Assembly (NCBI GenBank): GCA_038116375.1
Contig: JAYNUQ010000007.1
Coordinates: 1,093-65,092 of the forward strand
Reading direction: 5' to 3'
Source of the DNA: Candidatus Poseidoniales archaeon
GTDB lineage: Archaea; Thermoplasmatota; Poseidoniia; Poseidoniales; Poseidoniaceae
Length of the DNA: 64,000 nt
This document shows positions 54,401-62,646 of the stretch, one piece after another (the first letter of the stretch is position 1; each line of letters opens with the position of its first letter). The notes below the pieces were generated by a model. The model ran no database searches, was not told the origin of the DNA, and worked only from the letters and a program-made list of their open reading frames with translations. A program made the position numbers and the translations under genes.

Positions 54401-56366
54401 CTGCCAACCAGTTGGTCAGTTCGGTGCTTTCACCGTCATCGTAGAACTGTTCGAATTTGACCTGAACCTCGATGTAATCGTTTTCGCTCACGTCCGTTTC
54501 ACCTTCAACCGAGAGCGTGTTGCCTGCCAGGTGAAGCGTTTGGTTCACGGGAGCACTCATGGTGACATCTTCGCCAAGGCCATCGCCGCCTGGTGGAGGT
54601 GTGACGATGATATCGCCGTTGTCCTCGAGGGGCGTACAGGCTCTGTCAAGCACGAAGTCAAGGGCGCACGAGGCGTCGACCAAACCAAAGCCCCACTTGT
54701 CGTTCCATCGGTCGGAAACATCGGGTTCGGATGCAGTTCCACGGGCTTCGGATGAATTGCGAAGGATGTTGCGAATGTCTTCAGGCGACAGCGTATCGTC
54801 CGCTTGCAGAAGGGTGGCGACGATGCCCGATACCAGCGGCGTGGCCATGCTCGTGCCGTCCTTGGAATCGTAATCATTGTCCGCCAAGGGTCGCTCGGGT
54901 TGGCCGGGGAAGGAAGGACCTGTGGCTGCCGTGGCCGACGTGATGCCGCTTCCGTAGGATGTAAGGTCAGGTTTCAGTTCATCCCAGTCATCGTCGTCTC
55001 CGTCGTCGAGACGCGGGCCGTAATTGGAGTAGGAGGCGACGATATCGTCGGTTCGATTGACGGTGTTTCGGTCGTTGACAGCACCGATGGAGATGGCACC
55101 GTCCGCACTGGCTGGGGAAGGGACCCGTTTGGTGCCGTCGTTGCCCATGGCGACCACACAAACAATTCCAGCGTCTCGAGCATCGTTGACCAGTCGAGCT
55201 TCGCCTCCCGAACCGTTGTCGCCTTCATCATCGGGGTTGAGCGGACTGCTGAGGGAGCCAAAGGACATGGAAGCAACATCAATTCCACGACTGGATTCGT
55301 TGTTGCCCCAGTCGGTGTCTTTGTTGTTGATCATCCATTGGATGCCGTTAAGCGAGGCTTGTGAGTTCGTTCCTCCCGAATCCGTGAGGACCTTGATGTC
55401 GACGAGGTAGGCTCCCATGCCGCTGCCGGTGTGAATCCGTTCCGCACCGCCGGTTCCAAGGGCCGTTGCCGCAACGTGCGTGCCGTGTCCTTGGCCGTCA
55501 TCGGGGTCAACCGTGCCGTCGGGGTTGGAGGCGGAGGAGGTGGCATCAAAGCCAGCCACCCACTTTTGGTCGTTGTAACTGTTGGCATCGCTGTCAGGTT
55601 CGTCGTCAACATCATCGAAGTCGTTGAGCGCTCGGTGTTCGTTGTCAACTCCAGTGTCAAGCACGGCGATGACCACACCTTCGCCGTAGTAACCTCGTTC
55701 GTAGGTGCTGGCCGAATACACGTCGGAAGGCATGGCCCGTGATGCTTCCGAAGCCACGCCGTTGAAGGGCACCATCACGTTTTGCATTTCGATAACCACA
55801 ACGCCGTGAAGGCCGTAAATGTCCATGAGGGCGCTCACGGGCACCTTGTCGACCACCACGGAATCGATCGAGTTCATGACTTGGAACCATGCACCGCCCT
55901 CCTCACCAACCCAGCCGTGTCCGTTGAGCAACGCCTTGAGGGTGTTGACCTCGGCGTCGTTTGGAGCCCAAGCATAATCGACAATGATGGCGACGGTTTT
56001 GCGGCCGTCCGGACCCATGATGGCCGTTGGTGAAACGGATTCTTGACCGTCCAAGACCCGCTGAAGGCGGTCATCCATGCCGTTCCAGTCGAGGTCGGGG
56101 CCGTAGGTCAACCACCATTGATGCGGTTCAGCGGAGGCACGACCGGCCCGGTCGATCATTCGTGTCGGGCGCTCACAGAGGTCATCTCCGCACATCAAAG
56201 GCGGCAGGCCGTCGATAAGAATCGGCTCTTCATACTGGCTCAGGGCGGCGTTTGAGCGGGCTTCAACCGATGTTGCCAACACCCCACTGCTCACGTCTGC
56301 GAAGAGCATCAAGAGCGCAAAGAGAAGGGCGCCTCTCCGCAACGATGCTTGTTGTTGAGTGAACAT
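51492..56366 (-). CDS. Giant (1625 aa) membrane-anchored subtilisin-family (S8) serine protease with CARDB-like and BNR/propeller-like domains, a C-terminal TM, and a cytoplasmic acidic/Pro-rich tail ending in a zinc ribbon
   Basis: Start MFTQQQASLRRGALLFALLMLFADVSSG at ATG 56366. Catalytic triad contexts VIAVLDTGVDNEH, GHGTHVAATALG and GTSMATPLVSGIVATLL. CARDB-like LRNIGDLDANEVY and VDNLGQTDASGLN. Asp-box SPDRGNSW. TM ILGVSLGVLVLFLGVVVVMV then RRSRNE. Tail LPPLPAPDLPMPAALPPLNGSLPLPAPALPLPDL followed by CPSCQAKF...CPVCDTTFDL. Confidence 0.9.
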   Translation of the reverse strand: MFTQQQASLRRGALLFALLMLFADVSSGVLATSVEARSNAALSQYEEPILIDGLPPLMCGDDLCERPTRMIDRAGRASAEPHQWWLTYGPDLDWNGMDDRLQRVLDGQESVSPTAIMGPDGRKTVAIIVDYAWAPNDAEVNTLKALLNGHGWVGEEGGAWFQVMNSIDSVVVDKVPVSALMDIYGLHGVVVIEMQNVMVPFNGVASEASRAMPSDVYSASTYERGYYGEGVVIAVLDTGVDNEHRALNDFDDVDDEPDSDANSYNDQKWVAGFDATSSASNPDGTVDPDDGQGHGTHVAATALGTGGAERIHTGSGMGAYLVDIKVLTDSGGTNSQASLNGIQWMINNKDTDWGNNESSRGIDVASMSFGSLSSPLNPDDEGDNGSGGEARLVNDARDAGIVCVVAMGNDGTKRVPSPASADGAISIGAVNDRNTVNRTDDIVASYSNYGPRLDDGDDDDWDELKPDLTSYGSGITSATAATGPSFPGQPERPLADNDYDSKDGTSMATPLVSGIVATLLQADDTLSPEDIRNILRNSSEARGTASEPDVSDRWNDKWGFGLVDASCALDFVLDRACTPLEDNGDIIVTPPPGGDGLGEDVTMSAPVNQTLHLAGNTLSVEGETDVSENDYIEVQVKFEQFYDDGESTELTNWLAADGTVEDWYFDITVDDDWVDADEAYTLIYARALNEAGEASVVDVRIVRFARMTVSISEPPLGTALVGMVDFSGTVEGLDHDRIEYKVDSDDWQLGDTLNEQEEGVQDWSFSWDSTGVGDGSHRISVRMVNTSGVSSDVVKRTYEVDNLPAAPNFAFTGTVGIYDGGLPVNTAVAGTVLEVRFGLRNIGDLDANEVYLTLDGPGSDSSTYPSEGKVLSLEQGESVSVTLYWWATEAGTHDVTLSIDPSQQYEDPDRSDNEYTFSFTIDERPVEPMLRFLPGAARTSPDVPVPDTPYDIRLRVDNLGQTDASGLNLGLERWIEQVGWQRLDDQTVALVPGSSTTSGYTFARFADVHDQTGTVSYRAVLSGSGVEIEHSELRFNITVAEVQAGSKVGVSLANGEVAVDFVGLDEGGLLFTTVDGELHARTITSTLAMVGGVVLEENWGGELAVYQRDDGLVQVAWTRRSLSVEGYLLTDIAMTSISAAGKTTPKHYHMPALKLSEGSYYGFTFDQYDGTMVLAGYHRDLSTSGSWQDITSLFVISSTSPDRGNSWTSPLTVLSDIDIRPGDVQPLAVGLGEEYLHLLYQEYRDDVSGIERVGLMYTHGPHTSPSWSFQYSVGDNAHEPTMEVLVEDEEDRLIATWIEGEGKVANVVVANTNSLWSGDEVQRTLAPGVSTLGFALRENGVFLYHDEINVYGPVHRMGLIADEDGLPLDGMSNMIDDGYLFGIGVMEDDTVICSITPGGSLSLSKVASLKGSNAPVDSPSLLQTLLDYLPGGSDEVKYRILGVSLGVLVLFLGVVVVMVRRSRNEVEELLEELGEDGDAVELMITPEQDAGPLVSIDEDEELTVEESQLTAVLDDEEESLAKELERKLEEGEGNARLERRMKRKQQREMAEILQQGLPPLPAPDLPMPAALPPLNGSLPLPAPALPLPDLKREVNCPSCQAKFGVKDLMLKRIKCPVCDTTFDL

Positions 56367-56451
56367 GTCCACACCTCGCAATAGACTGGAAGGCTTGCCC
56401 ACCTTTGATTCTATCCTCGCATGTATCATCCCGTAGGCCGTTGAGGGCCCT

Positions 56452-57498
56452 TCACCGTGGAGGCCACTCAAGGTGTTCTGGTGAAGAGGAACACTGCACG
56501 TGTGGGCCAGACGCACGTTCGACCAAACCCAGCGGTGCATTGCACTCGGGACACCGTCCCGCATCGGCGAGGTGTTCCATCCAGGCGGCCCGTGTTTCCG
56601 GCTCGTCGCTGGCTTGGATGAGGTTTTTCAGCGGTTCTCTCAGGTGTTTCGGAACGTCTCTACCCCGAGCCGTCCACGGGTCATCGACGCTCTTCAAGTC
56701 GACCATGCTCGCTTTCATCCGACGTCGTTGAGCGGCATGTGCATCCCCCTGACTTGGTCCGCCGTCCAAGACTCCAAGTTCAACCGGCCCGCCTCTTGCG
56801 ACCAGAGGAAGAAGAGCATAAGCGGCGATGAAGCCCCCGATGTGGGCCATGTGAGCGATGCCGCTTGAGACACCTGATTCCATGGTCGCCAGCGCTCGAA
56901 CCAACTCCAAACCAAAGTAAAGCAAAGCGATGAACACCACGGGCCACGGCCGAATCAGCAACAATGGAAACGGAATTTCGTCCCTTGGCCATCCAGCGAG
57001 GTAGGCGCCGAGCAAACCGAAGGCCGCCCCTGAGGCGCCCAGCGCAGGGGTGTAGGATGAGGCGTTGAACGCCACCCAACCAAGGGAGCCCCCAAACAAC
57101 CCAACGATGTAAACGGTGGCGTATCGCCTTGCGCCAAGTCGCTGCTCAAGCGGAACGCCAACGAGCGCCAGAATGATGACGTTGCCGAGCACGTGCATCA
57201 AATCGCCTTGGCTGTGGAGAAACCCTGCCGTGGCCAAGGTATGCCAAAAGGACGGTTCACCGGTTCGAGCAGGAACGAGAACAAAATCACTCCAAACCCA
57301 GTATTCCACCATGCCCCACCCGTAGAGCATGGACCAGAGTACCTGCACCACCGAACCCAGCAGGACCGAGACGGTGATGCCCATGGCGATGGAGGTGCGG
57401 GTGCGTGCGGCGTAGAGAAGGGGGGCGAGGATGGCGACGAACCAGAGGATGAGCACGAACCACTCCGTTGCGTCGAAGAGGGACATCGCGAAGCCCAT
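56452..57498 (-). CDS. Rhomboid-family intramembrane serine protease with a C-terminal cytoplasmic extension containing a CxxC...HxxC zinc-knuckle-like motif
   Basis: Rhomboid motifs LMHVLGNVIILALVGVPLE (HxxxN), catalytic GASGAAFGLLGAYLA (GxSG) and the later IAHMAHIGGF. The C-terminus has CPECNAPLGLVERASGPHVQC. Confidence 0.88.
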   Translation of the reverse strand: MGFAMSLFDATEWFVLILWFVAILAPLLYAARTRTSIAMGITVSVLLGSVVQVLWSMLYGWGMVEYWVWSDFVLVPARTGEPSFWHTLATAGFLHSQGDLMHVLGNVIILALVGVPLEQRLGARRYATVYIVGLFGGSLGWVAFNASSYTPALGASGAAFGLLGAYLAGWPRDEIPFPLLLIRPWPVVFIALLYFGLELVRALATMESGVSSGIAHMAHIGGFIAAYALLPLVARGGPVELGVLDGGPSQGDAHAAQRRRMKASMVDLKSVDDPWTARGRDVPKHLREPLKNLIQASDEPETRAAWMEHLADAGRCPECNAPLGLVERASGPHVQCSSSPEHLEWPPR

Positions 57499-57587
57499 GA
57501 TGGCCGCTCTGCCTTCCTCTCTTTTGAGTTGGTGCTTTGTCGTGGCAGAACAGTAGGGTTCTTGCTTGGGCTTCTTTTCCCCAAATC

Positions 57588-58802
57588 ATGGCCGAGGCCT
57601 TGCTGAACCTTGTCGATGTTCACGTTCGTCGTGGCATGAACACGGTGTTGGATGGGTGTTCTCTCCCGGTTGAGGGCGGTCAAATCATGGCCTTAACCGG
57701 AGCCAACGGTGCTGGAAAGTCGACCCTGTTGGAGACCGCTGCGGGAATTCTGCCGATGGAGAAGGGCGTTGTTGAACACGACGGTGTGGTGATTGCCGAC
57801 GCCGAAGGTCGCCGCAGGCCTTCTCCGTTGACGGTGGGCATGGTGCTTCAGCGAAACGGCATGCTGGGCAGCGAGATTCTTTCCGAACACCTCAACGCAG
57901 CGATGACGATGAGTGGACGGTCCGTGGATATCGAACCTTTTCTCAAGGCGTTTCACCTCCAACACCGAGCCAACGACCTCGTCGCTCACCTCTCTCAGGG
58001 ACAGGCCCGAAAAGTGGCCGTACTGGCGGGTTTGCTCCCTGCCTTCGCAAGCTCAACATCTTCCCTGGTGATGCTGGACGAGCCCGATGCCGGCCTTGAT
58101 GATGCCTCCATCGCTACGCTTTGTGGATGGATGACCGAACTGCGCACGATGGGACACGGTTTGTTGGTGGCCACGCACGACGAGCGAATCGTGGCCCATG
58201 CCACCCATCGATTTGATGTTGGCCAAGGCACGGTTAACGTCGCATCGCCCCCCGTAGAAGCTGAGGTTGAAGCGCGTAACTCGAAGCCCGTCAAGCCCCT
58301 TTCACCACGCGCCTTTGGGGTGAAGATTCATCTCAGGACCCTGATGGCGCTGAACACCAATGCGATGGCCGGCCTCATCACGCTCGGTGTTCTCTTGGCC
58401 CTCGGCGACTTCATGGAGAACCTCGACAGCCTCCAACGCATGGGATTCATCCTTGCTCCCACGCTGGCTGCGGGCATGTGCGGTGATCCACTGGTGGCCG
58501 CCCTCCGAGAGGAACGGGCGGGCGTGTGGTGGCGGGCCGTTCGTGGCCGTCAACCGCACGGGGCATGGATTCCTTTCGCCATCGGGGCGGTGTTCACGTT
58601 CCTCGCAACGACCGGTTTTCAAGAGGCTCGTGAAGCACACATGCTCCTCGTTGGAGGACTGCTGTGTTTCGTCCTTTGGCATACCGTCGGATGGATGCAG
58701 CGCTCAAGCGACCGACTCGCCCGACCCCACGCCGTCTTCATCGGGTTGCTCACACCGGTGCTCATCCTGCCGTACTCAATCCTCATCAGCGTCCTCTCGT
58801 GA
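57588..58802 (+). CDS. ccmA: Heme-exporter ABC ATPase CcmA fused to a CcmB-like multi-TM permease domain
   Basis: Walker A LTGANGAGKSTLLE, CcmA-type signature LSQGQARKVAVLAGL, Walker B LVMLDEPDAGLD. About 170 aa with 4-5 hydrophobic helices follow. It lies immediately upstream of ccmC. I chose ATG 57588. Confidence 0.7.
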   Translation: MAEALLNLVDVHVRRGMNTVLDGCSLPVEGGQIMALTGANGAGKSTLLETAAGILPMEKGVVEHDGVVIADAEGRRRPSPLTVGMVLQRNGMLGSEILSEHLNAAMTMSGRSVDIEPFLKAFHLQHRANDLVAHLSQGQARKVAVLAGLLPAFASSTSSLVMLDEPDAGLDDASIATLCGWMTELRTMGHGLLVATHDERIVAHATHRFDVGQGTVNVASPPVEAEVEARNSKPVKPLSPRAFGVKIHLRTLMALNTNAMAGLITLGVLLALGDFMENLDSLQRMGFILAPTLAAGMCGDPLVAALREERAGVWWRAVRGRQPHGAWIPFAIGAVFTFLATTGFQEAREAHMLLVGGLLCFVLWHTVGWMQRSSDRLARPHAVFIGLLTPVLILPYSILISVLS

Positions 58803-58844
58803 ACCCAACACCAAGTTCAAGGAGGACAATTCAGCCCCATCTCC

Positions 58845-59540
58845 ATGAGGTTCGGCGAAAGCATCCTGCTCGTCGGCTTCACCGGCATCGGTGCCACCCT
58901 CCTTCTGGCTCTGCTCTGGGCGCCGAGCGTCTCCATTGATGCGTTCGAATCACCGGCTGCTCAACGCATCTTTTACTGGCACGTGCCCGCTGCATGGGCG
59001 GCCTTCATCGCTTTTGGCGCCCTCTTCGTTGGCTCTGCAGGTTGGTTGTTCAAACGGTCTGAACGGATGTGGCGCCTTCATGTCGCTGGCGCTGAAGCAG
59101 GGCTTGCGACCGGCCTGATGACCGTCTGGTCGGGATGTGTTTGGGGTGCCGCAGAATGGGGCACACCGTGGGATTGGACCGATGTCCGATTGAACACTTT
59201 TGGCTTGCTTACGCTGTTGGCCATCTATGTCGTCCTCGGGCGAAACAGCCAGCCTGACGGGGTCGAAACACGGGACACGTTTGCAGCGTTTGGCCTCTAC
59301 GGGTTCGTCTTGGTCCCCCTGACCTACATCGCCACCCGAATTTGGACGATTCGCCACCCTGGCCCCGTGGTGGGGACAGGAGACGGAAGTTCCATCAACA
59401 GCGACATGGGGCTTGTTCTGCTCATAGGGGCGGTCTCATTTACCGTCTTCATCATCGGCCACATGATGGCATCAATGCGACTCACTGCGTTGGAACAACG
59501 GCTTGAGAGCAGGCAGCAAAACCTTGACGGCGGTGCTTGA
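58845..59540 (+). CDS. ccmC: Heme exporter protein CcmC (cytochrome c maturation system I)
   Basis: Trp-rich heme-handling motif WGAAEWGTPWDWTDVRLNT (WGxxWxWDxRL), flanking His residues, and 6 predicted TM helices. 231 aa. Confidence 0.85.
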   Translation: MRFGESILLVGFTGIGATLLLALLWAPSVSIDAFESPAAQRIFYWHVPAAWAAFIAFGALFVGSAGWLFKRSERMWRLHVAGAEAGLATGLMTVWSGCVWGAAEWGTPWDWTDVRLNTFGLLTLLAIYVVLGRNSQPDGVETRDTFAAFGLYGFVLVPLTYIATRIWTIRHPGPVVGTGDGSSINSDMGLVLLIGAVSFTVFIIGHMMASMRLTALEQRLESRQQNLDGGA

Positions 59541-59541
59541 G

Positions 59542-59712
59542 ATGGAGGGCATGACCTACCTCGCCATCGCATACTTCGGAATGCTGGTCGCCATCGCGTT
59601 GTGGACGTGGACGGTGGTGCAACGCAGTCGCCGACTTGAACAACGGCTTGGCGCTCTTGAACGTGCAACACCGGATGAACACCTGGACCACGGTGAGAAA
59701 ACCGAAGACTGA
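59542..59712 (+). CDS. ccmD: Small single-TM protein, CcmD-like (heme exporter protein D) by position and topology
   Basis: It starts 1 nt after the ccmC stop. MEGMTYLAIAYFGMLVAIALWTWTVVQRSRRLEQRL is one TM followed by a basic stretch, as in CcmD. The family is too short and divergent for a motif-level call. Confidence 0.45.
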   Translation: MEGMTYLAIAYFGMLVAIALWTWTVVQRSRRLEQRLGALERATPDEHLDHGEKTED

Positions 59713-59771
59713 CCCATTTTGAAGGCGTAGTCTTTCAAAGGCTGTGCCGCGAGACCTTCACGGGGAGGCGT

Positions 59772-60848
59772 ATGTCGACTGGACTGGGCGGTGAATTTTG
59801 CTTGGTGTGTGGAGCCGAGCCCCCGCTGTTTGGCGATCGCATGTGCGAGCCGTGTTTGCGTGCTCGTACCGTGCTTGCTAAAGTCCCAGAAAACGTCCCT
59901 TGGGTTCGCTGTGCCCGTTGCGGCATCGTTGAAATTGACGGCAAATGGGAAAACACCACCGAGTCCGAAGTGTGGGATGAACTGCTCCACAGGAACTTGG
60001 TGGTTCACGAACGAGCGGAGGACATCCAACTGGCGATGGAACCCGTTACCGTTTCCGACCGACACACGCTGCTTCACATCCAACTTGAAGGGGTCATCGA
60101 CGACCTTCTGTTTCAGGAAGAGCACACCATGCGCGCTCGCATGGCCAACGGCGTCTGTTTAACCTGCACGCGCCGGGCTGGCAATTATTTCGAAGCCACC
60201 GTCCAACTGCGGTCAAGTGCCCGCCGATTGACGGAAGAGGAATTCAAACGCTTGCGTGCCACGCTCGAAGAGGTGTTGGAGAAGTTGTCCGACGACCCCA
60301 TGTTCTTCATCACCAGTGAAGGCCCAGTGACCGGAGGTTACGACGTGGTGCTCGGGAGTAAAGGGCTTGCAAGAGCGTGGGGGCGGCATCTGGTCAGTGA
60401 ATACGGTGGCATGGTGGTTGAGACCAATTCCACCGTCGGCCGAAAAGACGGTGTAGACGTGACCCGTTTGACCCTTCTTTACCGCAAACCGGGCTACGAA
60501 ATCGGTGATGTGGTCCAGTGGCGTCATCATTTTTGGCGACCATCGTCATGGACGAAAGAAGGCGCCATCATGGAACGCATTGACCGACGTGAACGAACGG
60601 GAGCATCGTGGAGGGATTTAGAACAGGCCAAGGTCGTGGCCCAGCGCCACGAATTCATTGAAGTCGACTTCGTCAACGAAGACCCTTCGGTTGGCGAATT
60701 CCTCGACCCGACCACATGGAGCATGAGTCTTGTACGCCTGCCCTACGACCACACCCCAGGGAGGAAAGGGTTGTTGATTCGGCACGACGAAGAATGGATT
60801 GGCCTGCCGTACATGGCCGTAGATCACCCCGAACCCGTGGAGGAATGA
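59772..60848 (+). CDS. nmd3: NMD3-family protein (archaeal homologue of the 60S subunit export/biogenesis adaptor)
   Basis: N-terminal Cys clusters CLVCG...CEPC...CARCG and CLTCTRRAGNYFEATVQLR are characteristic of NMD3. GGGGAGG lies just upstream of the ATG. Confidence 0.8.
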   Translation: MSTGLGGEFCLVCGAEPPLFGDRMCEPCLRARTVLAKVPENVPWVRCARCGIVEIDGKWENTTESEVWDELLHRNLVVHERAEDIQLAMEPVTVSDRHTLLHIQLEGVIDDLLFQEEHTMRARMANGVCLTCTRRAGNYFEATVQLRSSARRLTEEEFKRLRATLEEVLEKLSDDPMFFITSEGPVTGGYDVVLGSKGLARAWGRHLVSEYGGMVVETNSTVGRKDGVDVTRLTLLYRKPGYEIGDVVQWRHHFWRPSSWTKEGAIMERIDRRERTGASWRDLEQAKVVAQRHEFIEVDFVNEDPSVGEFLDPTTWSMSLVRLPYDHTPGRKGLLIRHDEEWIGLPYMAVDHPEPVEE

Positions 60849-61957
60849 ACGTGGAGCACGACGAGAGCAACGAACCAGAACCGACCCTGATCGACCTTGC
60901 AGAGCGCTTGGACAGTCAGGGCATGGTCGGCTTCACGAGAGCCTTTCACAACGACCTGCGCCACGGCTTTGAAGCCGTCAGCGAAGAGCGATTTCCGTGG
61001 CTTGCAGAACTTCGTCAAGCACCGTGGAGCGGCGTGCTTTGCCTCGGCATGGGCGGCAGTGCGGCCGGAGGAGATTTCCTTGCTGCCTTGACGTCCCACG
61101 AAGGCGGATGTCCGGTTGTGGTCCATCGGGATTACACGCTACCGGCCTGGTACGACGCCACCTGGTTGGTGCTGGCCACGAGCCACAGCGGCAACACCGA
61201 AGAGACCGTCGCTGCTGCAGAAGAGGCCATCGGTCGTGGCGGAACGGTCATCGTCATCGCCACCGGCGGCGTGCTGGCGGGCTTGCCCGAGCTCTCACCT
61301 CGTTGCCACCTTATTCCCACCGTGGGCGGTCAACCCCCGAGGACGGCTTTTGGTCATATTTTCAGCCGACAAATCGCCTGTTTGGAGCACCTTGGATTGC
61401 TTCAAATCCAATCCAATGAAGCACGAGAAGCCATGCTGCAGCGCCTGGAAGCCAACAACGAACATTTCGACGTGTTGGCTGCGCCCGAAGGCGACATTGC
61501 GCTTCTTTCGGCGGGACTGATGAAGCAGCCGCTTGCTGTCATCGGCCCGACTGAACTGGCACCTGCCCTGAACCGATTCAAGAATCAAATGAATGAAAAC
61601 GCGGCGCGATTTGTTCGTGTGGGTGTGCTTCCCGAGATGAACCACAACGAGAGCGTAGCATGGGGCGGTGTTGGACCCGACGGGGACGCTCAAGCACCCG
61701 ACCAAGCCCTGCTCTTGCTCACATGGCCCGGGATGCATCCGCGCGTCCAGCAACGTTTGGATTGGATGGTGGCTCACGCCCCGACCGAGACTGCATGGAA
61801 CCTGGTGGGCGAAGGGGAGTCGCTGCTGGAATGCCTTCTGTATCACTGCCTCGTCATGGATTGGCTCTCCATCACCCTGGCGTTCCTTCACGGAAAAGAC
61901 CCGTCTGCCATCGGGCCCATTCTTGCGTTGAAAGCCCATCTCGAGAGCGTTCAGTAA
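60845..61957 (+). CDS. Bifunctional phosphoglucose/phosphomannose isomerase-like SIS-domain protein (archaeal type)
   Basis: GMGGSAAGGDFL and ATSHSGNTEETVAAAEEA are SIS-domain motifs typical of PGI/PMI. ATG 60845 forms an ATGA overlap with the nmd3 stop. The upstream part of the track ORF (from 60716) is out of frame with nmd3 and unnecessary. Confidence 0.8.
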   Translation: MNVEHDESNEPEPTLIDLAERLDSQGMVGFTRAFHNDLRHGFEAVSEERFPWLAELRQAPWSGVLCLGMGGSAAGGDFLAALTSHEGGCPVVVHRDYTLPAWYDATWLVLATSHSGNTEETVAAAEEAIGRGGTVIVIATGGVLAGLPELSPRCHLIPTVGGQPPRTAFGHIFSRQIACLEHLGLLQIQSNEAREAMLQRLEANNEHFDVLAAPEGDIALLSAGLMKQPLAVIGPTELAPALNRFKNQMNENAARFVRVGVLPEMNHNESVAWGGVGPDGDAQAPDQALLLLTWPGMHPRVQQRLDWMVAHAPTETAWNLVGEGESLLECLLYHCLVMDWLSITLAFLHGKDPSAIGPILALKAHLESVQ

Positions 61958-62574
61958 AGCGGACCGCAGATCAATCGAGGGTCTGGATAGAGGGTCAGTG
62001 CTTGGGCCCGTTCCTCTGGACGAACAACGCCGGGCAGGTCGCCTCCCTCCGGTGCTTCAAGGGACATCTGCACGTGAACATGAGGCGCCCACCCTCCGTT
62101 TTCGGATTCATCGCCCATCGCAGCCAGAACGTCGCCCTGTTCAAACGCATCACCCTTGTTCCAGTGGGCAATGCTGTTCCAACTCAAATGGCCGTAGAGG
62201 ACCCAGAAGGTCTGGACTTCGCCCCCCACAGGCCCTCCGACCTCTACAGGTAGGCGGAGGCTGTGTTTGGTGATGAGGGTCGGGCCGTAGGACCCTGCTT
62301 CGTCGTTAAGCGCAACGTCCTCGATCACGCCGTTTCCGAACGCATGAACCGGCGTTCCCACCGGTCCACCGAGGTCCAAGCCGACGTGATGGTCCCGAAC
62401 GCCACCAAAGAGTTCGGTGGTGTACATTGAAGGGCGTCGCTCATCGTATCGACCCACGGAATATACGTAGGGAGCCGTCCAACCGTCAGGACTGGGGCGT
62501 GAGAAATCGTGCACCCAATACGGTCCGTCGAAGACCACCGTGGGATGGAAAGGAAACGATGACGCAGAGGTCAT
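61951..62574 (-). CDS. Peptidase M23 (LytM-type) family protein without a signal peptide
   Basis: Zn-ligand motifs HHVGLDLGGPVGTPVHA (HxxxD) and PHVHVQM (HxH), plus YGHLS. 207 aa with no N-terminal hydrophobic segment. Confidence 0.8.
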   Translation of the reverse strand: MTSASSFPFHPTVVFDGPYWVHDFSRPSPDGWTAPYVYSVGRYDERRPSMYTTELFGGVRDHHVGLDLGGPVGTPVHAFGNGVIEDVALNDEAGSYGPTLITKHSLRLPVEVGGPVGGEVQTFWVLYGHLSWNSIAHWNKGDAFEQGDVLAAMGDESENGGWAPHVHVQMSLEAPEGGDLPGVVRPEERAQALTLYPDPRLICGPLY

Positions 62575-62646
62575 GGCGTTCGGACGGTCCGTTTCTACTT
62601 GAGGTTTCGGCGAATCATCAAAGCATGGCTCGGACGTGACGGGGTC

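Noticed and set aside
59713-59771. Imperfect inverted repeat (TTTGAAGG...CTTTCAAA) after ccmD as a possible terminator
   Set aside because: The stem is short and mismatched and no oligo-T tract follows. It cannot be supported as a terminator from sequence alone.
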